Source: Malacoraja senta (taxonomy: Eukaryota). Taken from it: DNA of 64,000 bases. The notes beneath the pieces are model-generated. The model searched no databases, had not been told where the DNA came from, and saw only the letters and a program-made list of their open reading frames with translations. Positions 24,485 to 37,100 of the stretch are shown here, piece after piece. Every line of letters starts with the position of its first letter. Positions within the stretch are counted from its first letter, which is position 1. A program made the position numbers and the translations under genes. The stretch is taken from NCBI GenBank assembly GCA_038087875.1, contig CM075980.1, positions 10,416,001 through 10,480,000 on the forward strand. Direction: 5' to 3'.

Positions 24485-24595
24485 TGACGTGTAATCTTGC
24501 TCTCTGGCTCTCTTTATAAATGGAATGACGAGATGTCACCGTGTGTTTATCTATCCAAACCAATCAAAACGATATGCTCGTCGAAGCCAATCAGA
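24485..24595 (-). promoter_or_regulatory. Ig light-chain promoter (TATA + two CCAAT boxes + CRE-like site; no octamer seen)
   Basis: TTTATAAA 24513-24520 lies ~70 nt upstream of the ATG; CCAAT at 24560 and AGCCAATCAG at 24585-24594; TGACGT at 24485. Confidence 0.65.
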
Positions 24596-25459
24596 AATTG
24601 CCAGATTCTTCCTCAAAATATTCGCCACTGTGAAACGTGCAGGGCTTATTTTACAAGAGACTTGTATTTCTAAGATGCTTCATGCGTTCTCATACATTTC
24701 GCAGAATACAAAGGATTGTCACGGTTGCCCCTTCTTTATAAACAAACAAACAATAATTTTCTGCATGACCCCTTGGCATATATATACTGAACAAATTGTC
24801 TGCGAGTTTTAAATATTATATTCGGTAACTGTTTAATTACCAATGAAAATGGAATAGAAATATTTCATCTTAACTGTCCAACTGAATCCGTATTGCTGAA
24901 ACTAACATGATGACAGTCATCTCCTCAGCACTGTTTTATTAAAAAGCACATTAAATCTAAGTATCTTTGTAATTTTAGAAATTATAAAAATAACTAGCTG
25001 CCCTTCTACTTGTGTATCAGATAATTTAGAAAGGGCCTGAGGGGACAGAACATCACTACAAATGTCAGTAAAGTTGCAGTTTTGGAGGCAATTTTGACTA
25101 CCCGATGTGTGTCGTGCTTGGAAAAGCGGTCTGTGATACTCTCATATTGTAATGCGCAGTAATTCCACGACTCAAAGTGGAAAGGTTACCTGTACCAAAT
25201 TAATGCATATATGAGTGCAGTAAAAGGGGACATATTGGCTCTCACCGACCACTTCCAGAATTCTTTCGACTTTGTAGTCCGACAGGACGACAGGAATGTT
25301 ACATACAGCACATCCATATTCAATTAAAGTTGAATGAAATATGGGCACTCCAGCTATCTGGCAAAACTGACAAGGGAGAAACGCGAAGAGCGGTTTTCGG
25401 TAAATAGCGGGTGAGAAAAAGAATTATCATGAATAATTGTACTTAAATTGTCATTCAAC

Positions 25460-25730
25460 TAGATTAGTTTAGCAGTGCACGTGACTGGTCAGCCATCCAA
25501 TAACTTAACCGTTCATCCTTTCACCGCTACGTTTTCCCCATGACCTGCCTGGGATTTCCAAGGAAGCTCCGGTTTCCTCCTACACTACAAAGACAGATTG
25601 GTAGGTTCATTGGTTTGGTAAAATTATATATTGTCCCTAAAGTGTGTAGGATAATGTTAATGTGCGGGGACTGTTGATCGGTGGGCAGAAGGGCCTGTTT
25701 CCGCGCTGTATCTCCAAATTAAACTAAAGT
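25460..25730 (+). mobile_element. HE1-like SINE, degenerate
   Basis: Core GCTCCGGTTTCCTCCTACAC..GTAGGTT and tail GGGCCTGTTTCCGCGCTGTATCTC..AAACTAAA, shared with 55377-55696. Confidence 0.75.
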
Positions 25731-26003
25731 GACTACAATTTGTACCATCTGCAGAATGAGCTGTAATTGCGCGCATAAGCCACTCTGAACGTAGGCATGT
25801 CACTACGACTTGCAAGTTTACCTAATGTTTGTTTACACAGGTCCCTGCTCTCACCGTTCTCATCCTTCTCTCACTGCAGCACGTTTTAAACTTTGCAACG
25901 TGCAATACCGTGAGAAAATGAACACGCGAAAGATTGCACTGGCTCATGGCTGTTCATTATTACCTCCCCAAAATGCCGATCCGCAGATGATACATGATGC
26001 CCC

Positions 26004-26890
26004 ATAGAGTCAAAGAGAGTCATAGTCATAGAGTGTGGAAACAGGCCCTTGGGCCCAACTTTCCCACATCGGCCAACGTGTCCCATCTACACTAGTCCCA
26101 CCTGCCCGTATTGAGTCCATATCCCTTCAAATCTGTCATATCCATGTACCTGTCTAACTGTTTTTTAAACGTTGGGATTGTCCCTGGCACAACTACCTCA
26201 TCTGGCTGCTTGTTCCATACACCCACCACCCTATCTGGGAAATAGTTACCCCTCAGGTTCCTATTAAATCTTTGCCCCGTCACCATAAACCTGGTCCTCG
26301 TTTCACCTACTCGGTGCAAGAGACTGTGCATCTACCCGATCTATTCCTCTCATGACCCTATACGTCTCTATAAGATTTCCCCTGATCTTCCTGCGAGTCC
26401 CAGCCTACTCAACCTCTCCCTGTGGCTAAGTCCCTCTAGTCCTGGCAACATCCTCGTAAATCTTCTCTGTACCCTTTCCAGCTTGTCGAAATCTTTCCTA
26501 TAAGATGGTGCCCAGACTGAACACAATACACTATATGCGGCGTCACCAACGTCTTATACATCTGCAAGCAGACCTCCAACCTCTATATTCATTACTCTTG
26601 CTGATGAAGGCCAACGTGCCAAAAGCCTTTTTGACCACCCGATCTACCGTCGACTGCCCAAAATGCAATACTTCACATTTCTCTGCATTAAATTCCAGTA
26701 TCCATTCCTCAGCCTACCTGGCCAATTGATCAAGATCCTGCTGCACTTTTTCACAACCATCTCCACTATCTGCAAAACCTCCCAAGTTTGTATCATCTGC
26801 AAACTTGCTAATCTTACCGTATGATCTCATTCAAATCATTGATATAGATATCAAATATTAACGGGCCCAGCACCGAACCCTGAGGCACAC
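26004..26890 (-). mobile_element. CR1 3' fragment with (ATAGAGTC)n-type tail
   Basis: RFNRNLRGNYF..RVVGVWN..FKKQLDRYM on the minus strand. Confidence 0.85.
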
Positions 26891-27052
26891 CCCGTGTTAC
26901 TCCAGCACTTTGTGTATTATCATGATTTCAGCATCCGCAATTCCTCGTGTCTCTGTGTTCCCACTTTCTGGTGGGCAATAAATACTTCGTTCCCAGGGAC
27001 GCAATCATCATACAAATGAATAACGTTGAACAATTAGATGTGGCCGTGAGAT

Positions 27053-28095
27053 AGAAACATAGAAAATAGGTGCAGGAGGAGGCCATTTGGCCCTTCGAGC
27101 CTGCACCACCATGGCTGATCATCCACAATCAGTAACTATTGCCTGCCTTCTCCCCATATCGCTTGATTCTGCTAGCCCCTAGAGCTCTATCTAACTCTTT
27201 TAAATTCATCCAAATTCATCCTGCCTACTCTCTGAGTGAAAGTTTTTTCTCATCTCATTTTTAAATGGCCTCCCCTTTATTCTTAGACTGTGACCCCTGG
27301 TTCTGGACTCCCCCATCATTGGGAACATTTTTTCTGTGACTACCTTGTCCAGTCCTTTTATAATTTTATAAGTTTCTATAAGATTTCCTCTCATCCTTCT
27401 GAATTCCAGTGAATACAAGCCCAGACTTTCCTATCTTTCCTCATATGACGTTCCCGCCATCTAGAACGTACGCTGCATTGCCTCAATAGCAAGGATGTCC
27501 TTCCTCAAATTAGGAGATCAAAACTGCACACAATTCTCCAGATGTGGTCTCACCAGGGACCTGTAAAACTGCAGAAGGACCTCTTTATTCCTAAACTTAA
27601 ATCTTCTCGTAATGAAGGCTACATGCCATTAGCTTTCTTCACTGCCTGTTGTACCTGCATGTTTTCTTTCAGTAACTGGTGGAAAAGGACACCCAGGTCT
27701 CACTGCACTTCCCTTTTTCCATATCTGACACAATAGAGATAAAATCTGCCTTCGTGTTCTTGCCGCCGAAGTGGATAAACTCACATTTATCTACATTATA
27801 CTGCATCGGCCATGCATTTGCCCACTCACTCACCCTGTCCAAGTTATCCTGCAACCTCCTAGCTTCCTCTTCGCAGTTCACACTGCCACCTAACTTTGAG
27901 TCACCTGCAAATTTGCTAGTGTTACTTTTAATCCCTTCATCTAATCATTAATATATATTGTAAATAATTGCGGCCTCAACACCGAGCCTTGCGGCACTCC
28001 ACTCGCCACTGCCGACCATTCTGACAGGGACCCGTTTATTCCTACTCTTTGTTTCCTGTCTCCCAACCAATTCTCTATCCATGTCAATACCATGT
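27053..28095 (-). mobile_element. CR1 3' fragment
   Basis: MYSLEFRRMRGNLIETYKIIKGLD and NCEEEARRLQDNLDRVSEWAN; ATAGAAAC tail at 27051-27066. Confidence 0.88.
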
Positions 28096-28388
28096 CATGA
28101 ATCGAGCAGAGTGAATTGATGAAGGATTGCTTAATGTTTAGCAGTTAAGAAAGTGGATATGGTGTACTAATAAAACAGTGTTGACCCCACTGCATTTCCA
28201 GATGTCTACTGGGATATCTCAATTTCATTCTTAGAGACGTCCGAGACTAGCTCGGCCCTTGCTTTAATAAATAGCTGACCGTAACTTGAGGGCAAAGAAG
28301 AACTAGTTTTAAAACAGTTTACTTTTGTTTCGAGATCAGATTTATTGATTGCATAAATGAATATTTCGATCCAGCTCACGGAACTCAC

Positions 28389-28484
28389 CTTCACGAGAGA
28401 GAGAGAAAGACTTCACATTAGATCATGATCCCGAAAGGTGCCAGGATTTTCGAATTCTCCAGACCAGCCATCGCAAACAAGAAT
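28389..28484 (-). other. Candidate 96-nt exon (copy 2)
   Basis: TTTCTGCCCTTCCAG|ATTCT...GTGAAG|GTGAGT. Confidence 0.35.
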
Positions 28485-29139
28485 CTGGAAGGGCAGAAAT
28501 TCATGTGACTTCTTATTATTAATCGCCGCCTATATCAATTCAGGCTTAACGAGCAGAACGGCATGAGATTTACTGCTTTATGAATATTTTCTTGTACTTT
28601 CTATAATAAAGATCATGTTGGAACCAAAATAATCTATCTCCATTCCAGTTCCCCATTCAATATCAAATTCTCAAGACTTCTCTGATATTGCTTAAAAAAG
28701 AGCAATATGGCTGTGATGATATCCTCGCCACATGCCATGATGACCTCAGCTCCGACAACATTCAAGATGTACAACATTTTACAGGATTAAGTTTTTATTT
28801 GAATGGCATAATCGCAACATTTGTCTCTCTTTGTCACAAGTGCAACAAGCCCGCAGTCTGTGCCGTCTACAGAATGCATTCTAATCAGTCCCCTTATGTA
28901 TACCCTCAACAAAATTGTCACCAAGGCATTCAAGAACCAGACGCATAATTCATGTTCACAAATTCATAGGTTCTAGGAGCAGAATTAGGCCATTCAGCCC
29001 ATCAAGGCTACTCCACCATTCAATCATGGCCGATCTATCTTAACCTCTCAACCCCATTCTCATGTCTTAGCTCCGTACCCCCTGTCACCCGTACCAATCA
29101 AGAATCTGTCAATCACCACATTAAAATTATGCAATTATT

Positions 29140-30490
29140 AATGATGTAATCGCAGCGCTTTTGGAAAGCATTGAATCGGTCAAAGTTAGCACGGATTTAT
29201 GAAGGGGAAATCATGTTTGACTAATCTTCTGGAAATTTTTGAGGATGTAACAAGTAGAATGGAAAAGGGAGAGCCAGTTGATGTGGTGTATCTGGGCTTT
29301 CAAACAGCCTTTGACCAGGTCCCACACAAGAGATTAGTGTGCAAAATTAGAGCACATGTTATTGGGGGTAGGGTTTTGACATGGATTGGGAACTGGTTGG
29401 CAGACAGGAAGCAAAGAGAAGGAATTAATGGGTCATTTTCAGAATGGCAGGCAGTGACTAGTTTGGTGCCGCAAGGCTCAGTGCTGGAACCTCAGTTATT
29501 TACATATATTAACAATCTAGATGAGGGAATTAAAAGTAACATCTCCAAGTTTGTGGATGACACAAAGCTGGGTGGCAGTGTGAGCTGCGAGGAGGATGGC
29601 ATGGGGCTGTAGGGTGAATTGGATGGGTTGGGTGAGTGGGCAGCTGCATGGCAGATGCAGTATAATGTGGATAAATGTGAGGTTATCCACTTTGGTAGCA
29701 AGAACAAGAAGCAGATTATTATCTGGATTGTGTCAAATTAGGAAAAGGTGAGGTGGAACGAGGCCTGAATGTCCTTGCACATCAGTCACTGAATGTAAGC
29801 ATGCAGGTACAGCTGGCAGTGAAGAAAGGAAATAGCATGTTGGCCTTCATAGCGAGAGGATTTGGGTATAGGAGCAAGGAGGTCCTACTGCAGCAGTACG
29901 GGGCCCTGATGAGACCACACCTGGAGTATTGTGTGCAGTTTTGATCTCCTAATTTGAGAAAGGACATTCTTGCTATTGAGGGACTGCAGCGTAAGTTCAC
30001 CGGGTTAATTCCCGGGATGGCGGGACTGACATATGATGAAAGAATGGGACGACTGGGCTCCTATTCACTGAAATTTAGAAGGATGAGGGGATCTTATAGA
30101 AACATATATCCCATAATTCATAAGTGATTGGACAGGCTAGATGCATAAATTTTGTCCCGATGTTGGGGTTGTCCAGAACCAGGTGTCATAGATTATGAAT
30201 AAGGGGTAGGACATTTTGGACTGAGATGAGGAAAAACGTTTTCACCCAGAGAGTTGTGAATCAGTGCAATTCTCTGCCACAGAAGGCAGTGGAGGCCAAT
30301 TCATTGGATGTTTTCAAGAGAGTTAGATATAGCTCTTAGGGCTAAAGCAATCAAGGGATATGGGGGGAAATGCAGGAACGGAGTACAGATTATGTATGAT
30401 CAGGCATGATCATATTGATTGGCGGTGGTGGCTCGAAGGGCCAAATGGCCAACTCCTGCACCTATTTTCTATGTTTCTATGTTTCTATGT
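29140..30490 (+). mobile_element. CR1 RT fragment with 3' end (paralog of 906-1990)
   Basis: ORF 29199-29612 [34 protein letters not shown]; (ATGTTTCT)n tail at ~30471-30490. Confidence 0.9.
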
Positions 30491-30494
30491 GAAA

Positions 30495-31170
30495 ATATCC
30501 ACGGCCATCTATGGCAATCGATTCCAAAGATTCACCACACTCTGACTAAAAAAAACCTCCTCATCTCCTTTCTAAAGATACGTACTTTAATGCTGAGTCT
30601 ATGGCCACTGGCCCCAGACTCTCCCACCAGTGGAAACATCCTCTCCACGTTTACTCTATACAAGCCTTTCACTATTCGGTAAGTGTCAATGAGGTGTCCC
30701 TTCATCCTTCTAAACCCCTGCAAATTCATGCCCAGTGCTTTCAAGTGCTCATCTCATATTAACCCAATTATACCTGGGAACATTCTCATAAACCTCCTCT
30801 GGACCCTCTCCAAAGCCAACACATATTGCCTCAGATATGGGGCCTAAAACTACGCATAATAATCCAGTTCCTTATAAAGCCTCAGCATTACATTCATGTT
30901 TTGTATTCTAGCCCTCTCAAAATAAATCCTAGCATTGCATTCACATTCATTCCTGCTGATTCGACTTGCAAATTAACTTTATGGTAATCCTGCAACAGCA
31001 CTCCCAAGTCCCTTTGCATCTGTGATTTGTGAATTATTTCCCCATTTATAAAATAGTTTATGCCTTTATTCCTGCTACCCAAAGGCATGACTCCACACTT
31101 TGCCGTGCTGTATTCCATCTCCCACTACTTAGCTCACTTCCCCAACATATCGAAGTTGTTCTGCAGAGTC
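30495..31170 (-). mobile_element. CR1 fragment (paralog of 1990-2660)
   Basis: FRRMKGHLIDTYRIVKGL and AMLGFILRGLEYK. Confidence 0.85.
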
Positions 31171-31594
31171 CAGGAACTGCAGGTGCTCATTTGCATTGGG
31201 CGCTTGTGCAAAAGCTGCCACCTATCCTGTGCCTCCAGAGATTCTGCCTGCCCATTGATTTACTTCAGCATTTTGTGTTTATCTTCCGCATAATAATGTA
31301 GTTGTCTGCAAGGTATCTTCCAAGCACATCAAGGCTTGGAACTATATCATCTTTCACACTTCCATGATCCAACCTTTGGATTTATAACATGAATGGCATC
31401 ACAAGATTATAGTTGCTGAAGATAGACACAAAAAGCCGAAGTAGCTCAGCAGGTCAGACAGCATCAAGGTAGTTTATCATCAGCTTCTCAATGGCAGATA
31501 GGGATGGGCGATCGATGCATTATCTGTCAAACAATCCATTAATCTCAAAAATAAATACATGGATAGGGAGGAATTTAGCTGAAGAACTATAAAC

Positions 31595-32730
31595 CGACAG
31601 TAGACAGAAAAATGCTGGAATAACTCAACGAGTCGGGCTGCATCTGTGGAGAAAAATAATAGGTGACGTTTCGGATCGGAAGCCTTCTTCAGACTGAAAG
31701 AGGAGGTGTGGGTGGAAACTGTAAATGACAAGGCCAGAACAAATCAAGGCTGGCAGCAGATGACTTCGGGAAGGGTGAAGCACATAATAGACCATCGTTG
31801 GCTGGGGAAAGGGTGATAACGAGAAGGATACAAGGGTAGCGGGGGGGGGGGGTGCAAGAGTAGCTTGAAATTAGATAAATCAATGATCATACCACTGGGT
31901 TGAATGTTCACCAAGCGAAATGTGAGGTGCTGTTCTTCCAATTTGCGTGTGGCGTCACTGACGACGACAGAACAGAATGGTCCGTTTGGCAAGATAGACA
32001 TAAAAAGCTGGAGTAACTCAGCAGGACAGGCTGCATATCTGGAGAGAAGGAATGGGGTCTTCAAGGGGAGGTAAAATGATTTGGCAACCAGCACATCCCG
32101 TAAGCCATGGCGGACTGAGCGTAAGTGGTCAGCGAAATGACCACCAAGTCCATAGTTCCTCTCGCCAATGTATAGGAGCCCACACCGGAACAGTAGATGA
32201 GGTGGAGACGGTGTAAGTAAACCTCTGTGGGGTTGCATCTCCTGCGATTGCAAGGGAAAGACCCTGGGGAGAGGGTGGTTTTGGTGAGACCTGATGAATG
32301 AACCAAAGTTGCAGAGGGAATGGTCACTGTGGAGATGGGAGGATGTGACTAGTGATGGGATCCCTTTGGAGGTGATGAACATTTCGGAGGATGATGGCTG
32401 TCCCTGTTGCGACTGAGGGGCTGGGGAACAAGTGCGGAACTACTGGATACAGAGGCGACACGTGTGGTGGTCGAATTTATGATAAAAGGGTGGAACTCTA
32501 GTTCCCTAAAGAATTAGGACATCTCCGATGTTCTAGTCTGGAACATCTCATATTGGGAGAAAAAGCAACAGCGACAGAGGAATTGGTAGTAGGGGATAGA
32601 GTATTTGAAAGTGGCAGGGTAGGAAGATGTGTAGGCCAGATAACATGAATACCCAACATTGGAATAACAGCACCTCATATTTCGCTTGGGCAGCTTACAA
32701 CTCAGCGGTATGAACATTAATTTCTTTCAT
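31595..32730 (-). mobile_element. Penelope-like element fragment with GIY-YIG endonuclease
   Basis: ORF 32382-31744: RCGLLYIGE..LGGHFADHLRSVR..ATRKLEEQHLTFRL..QPSGM.I..SNFK. Confidence 0.85.
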
Positions 32731-34154
32731 TTCTAGTAACTGCTTTATTCCCACCCACCCCCCGTACATAACCCCCCTACCCCACCCCCGCACCCACGTC
32801 ATCCTACCAGTTCCACTGTTCGCATTCTTGTATCCCGCTCATTATCGCTCCTTCCCCACACAACTATGGGCCATTATGGGCTCCATCCTTCCTGATGATA
32901 ACTGTTGCCTGCCTTTATTTTTTTTCTAGCATTTTCTCGCCTAGAACCTATTATTTTGCTCCAGAGGTGCAGCCTGGCCCACTTAGTTATTCCAGCTTTA
33001 TATATCTATCTTCCGTATAAACCAGCACCGACTGTTGTCTTCCTACACATTTTGTAAAACGACAGTATTAGTTAACACCTGTTTCGTTTTTATTCTGTAC
33101 GAGAGAAGTATCTTTTTTTTTTGTTGCAAATTCATTATTTGGTACACCGACCTTTTCGATATGTGTTAAAATCGTGGAAGTTCAGGGCACAATTACACCG
33201 CTTACAGAGGTCCTGACATTGCAAAATCTACATAAGCAGTGAGAAGAATTGGCATTATTCTGAAAACATAAGCACAGAGTGGTGACAGATACATTTATTT
33301 TAACGTAGTGCTGGTTGTCGTAATTCGTTTTGATAGGGGGTGATACATAAGTAGCGAATTGTAAATAATTGCACCATCTGAGAGCCACAAGGAAGTAGGT
33401 GCACAGACATTTAAATTAATTATTTAAAAAAAACTATTTAAAAGTATATTTTCGTTGCCCTGAGAAATAACAGAATACAAATAATAGCAAAGATTACAGA
33501 AACCTCTGCTATTTTTGTTTGGCTCAACCTTGTGAATAATCCACAAGTTTCAGCAAATTGATGCCCAAATGGTCTTTGGCTGTGCACCGGGGAAATCTCT
33601 CTTTCCCGGTGCGTAAAGCCAACAAACAGAGAATTGCAAAGAGTGGTGGAGAGAAACAGAGAAAGGATGTAAATGAGGGCAAGAAAGAACATGAGATATA
33701 GAGCGTGGGACAGAGAGAAAGAGAAAGCAAGGTGAGAGTGGACAGAGTAGGAATTGGGATGGGTGCGGTTGAGTTAAAAGCGGTGACCGCGATATAAAGT
33801 ACAGAAATTAACAAGTGCATGGACAAAACAGGACATTTTAAAACAAAACACATCATTGACAGATTACAGACGCCCAGGCACACGTAATTGATAGGTGAGG
33901 GAGGGCGGGGGTGTCGAGAACACAGTTCCTCTAGTAGATTCCAACTGGGTGAACGGGCCAGTTGCAAGCACATCCCGTATGTTTATCTGTCGATGTATTT
34001 TCTTGTTAATCGAGAGTCAAAGGGATATGTTCTGCGCTACGGACTAAAAGTATAGAATAAAGAAAAGGGAGCCAAATAAATGACCAGCTCTGAAAGAAGC
34101 AGAAGCAGAAATTAGGAAATTTGATTCTGAATTTGGATAGCTGTAACTCTTTAC

Positions 34155-37100
34155 AATAGTAAGATTAAACGAGAACTTACCAGTTTGAAGTTTGATCTTT
34201 ATTTTATGAGGAGTTACGATGAGGGATTACGTGAAGAAGCCCGCCAGCCCGCATGCGCGTCAACCTGCAAAGCAGCGGTGTGAAGTCACAGATAACAGTT
34301 GTTGAACTGAATATAGTAAGATTCGAGAAACTAGAACTACCAGCTGACCTTTGTGAGGAGAGGGTTGGGAGCGGAGGGCACGTAATCCCTCATCGTAACT
34401 CCTCATAAAATAAAGATCAAACTTCAAACTGGTAAGTTCTCGTTTAATCTTACTATTTTACTTCGGAGTCACGTGAGTGACTACATGAAGATTTCAAAGC
34501 TCTGTGAATTCATGCCGTGGACACGAGTCCATGCGTCACACACTGCATCAGTTGACCAAGGATGAGTGAAAATAATAATGCATTCAGACATGACATAGAT
34601 TTCAAACATGCTGATGCTTGTTAATGAGCAAATGAACTTAAAATAGAATTGGCAAATACCCCCGGTCTGGCAATGGGTTTGTTATAAAATGTTTGGAAAG
34701 TTCGTTCGTTTGACCATCCTGCAGTCGCTAGGATATGGTCGAGTGGAACCTCCATAACCCTTGCTGCTGAAGTTGTTGCAGCCCTGGTGGAGTGAGATTT
34801 GAAATCATCAGTATCCACTCGTGCACAAGCCAGAACCCGTACTAATACCTTCTTATGAGGTTTATTGTAACTAACAAACCTTGCTAGTTCAGAGCCTCTA
34901 AGGCTCTTGGTGACCTTAACGTACTGTTGTAGATAAATGACCACACACAACCGAAGGTCCATGGGGTATGCCATGAAAACTACTTTGAGACCGGACGCCC
35001 GTGTCTACTCTGCTTGACTAAGTCATCAACATGAAATGTTATAATATTTGCAGATGTAACCATCCTGTCCAGTCGCAGCTCATGCAATGACTGGACCCGT
35101 TGCGCTGAAACCAGCGCCATGAGCATAACCACTTTGTAAGTGAGTTTGACCAAGGACAGAGATGTAGCTGGAGCCCACCGGCGAAGCAGCGTGAGCACCA
35201 CGTTAACATCCCATATCACTGAATACCTGGGCCTGGGGGGATTTGAGTTGAAGATACCCTTCATAAACCTGGATATCAAAGGGTGAGACCCGACAGATTG
35301 GTGTCCCGACCCCAGCAACACGTATGACGACAAGGCACTTCTGGCACCATTTCTGGCACTATAACTCAATCCCTCATCAAAATATAGTTTTGTGAGGAAT
35401 TCCAACACATCTGTTATACATGCCGTGTCATATGATATGTAGGACTGTAACAGAACACTTCCTATTTCTTGATATAGGAAATGTACTGTTTCTTGGTACT
35501 ATCTCTCCAGGCCACAGTGATCACGTCCACCATACGATCTGACAGTCCGAGCCCCAGAAAACGTCTTCTCAGAGTCTGCAAGCCAACAAATTGATTTGAT
35601 CATGCAGTGGATGCTCCTCCCCAGTCACGGGGTGAACCAGCAGATATCTGCGTTTGGGAACAGCCATACAAGGCTCTGATATTATTCCTAGTATCAGTGG
35701 GAACCATGGCTGCGTAGGCCAGTCAGGCATTACCAACATGCATGACGCGGGGTCTTGCTGGATTTTTGCAAGCACCGACTGATGAGGCAAAATGGAGGGA
35801 AATGCCTAGAAGAACATTCCTCCCCAGTGTAGCGAGAATGCATCCATCGCCACTGCCCCTGGGTCTGGCTCCCATGCTGCCCGGTGTTCCATACCGAGCA
35901 ACAATGTCGTTCACACGTTATGATCGAACATCCATTCTGTGTTGTCATTAATTTCCGCGACCTGGTGTCCGCCACCATATTAAGCCTTCCTGGCAAGTAG
36001 GTAGCTGAAATCAAAATGCTTCTCGGAATACACCAGTGCCAAATAAGGTTAGCCATGCACCCATGTGATTAATATATGCCACCGCTGTAGTGTTGTCAAT
36101 CTGTAATGGAAAACGCAGATGATGCATATTCCCTCAATAAGCCTTCAACCCATAGAGTGCTCCCAGCAACTCTAAGCAGTTAATACCATGTAACTGAAGA
36201 TTTGATGACTCATGCACATTCCATCTGCCACCGCAGCGAGATATGGTATAGTAGCTCCCTATCCTAGAGCACTGGCATCAGTTTGTAAATATAACTGAAG
36301 GTTCGTTGACCAAAATGTTATTGGAGCAATGCCGAATATTGGTCATCCACCACTGTAACTCAGAAATGGCTTCTGCTGGCAATCGCATAGGTCTGTTAAA
36401 GCGACCTGCATGGTATTTGAGTGCCTGCTCCTTTGCATGTTGTAAATTTTATATAATGCAAAGGCCCAAACTGTGCAGCTGAAGAGCAGCCACTAATTTG
36501 CCAATTATACAGGCTACTTGTCGAAATAGAAGGTTGCTCCTTAACAATAAGATTGTTACAGGCTTCTATTAATTCTAACCTCTTGCCCGAAGGCAGAGTC
36601 ACAGACATGTGAATAGAGTTAATGGTAAATTCGAAATAATCAATAACTTTAGATGGTATTAACTTGGATTTAACTGGATGGATGAGAAAACCCCAAACTC
36701 TCAAACATGTTTAGTGGCTGAAACAGCTAATTTAGCTAATTTCAGGGTTTTTCCTATAATTAGGATATCATCCAAGTATGCCACCACAATATGATTTCAA
36801 TAATTTTGTAAATAATCTGGGCCCCGAAGTTAACCCATTAGGCAACGCTTTAACTGCCACAGTTGGCCCATCCAGCTAAAGTTCAAACATCTCCGGTGAT
36901 CCCAGTGAATGGGTATGCATCTTTGAGATCGGTGCATGCCATATAACATCCTTTGGAAACCAGTTGTTTGGCAGTAACAAAGTTTTCCATTTTGAAATGT
37001 CTATACGGCACAAAGTTGAGTCAAATCAAGGATGATTCGGCATCCTCCATCCTTCTTTTGTTTTGTAAATATATTAGAACAATTGGTGAGGTTCATGACT

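Noticed and set aside
22382-25450. Recombination signal sequences flanking V or J
   Set aside because: No CACAGTG/CACTGTG heptamer with a properly spaced nonamer was seen near the gene. CACAGTG hits elsewhere (10533, 13835, 35513, 55384) lie in TEs.
33300-33395. Minus-strand acceptor followed by ITIM-like IIYNSL
   Set aside because: A single 6-residue motif with no linked upstream exon; expected by chance across six frames.
33524-33973. 149-aa hydrophobic ORF with signal-peptide-like MHLLISVLYIAVTA
   Set aside because: Hydrophobicity derives from a GA-rich low-complexity tract; no good splice donor follows the putative leader.
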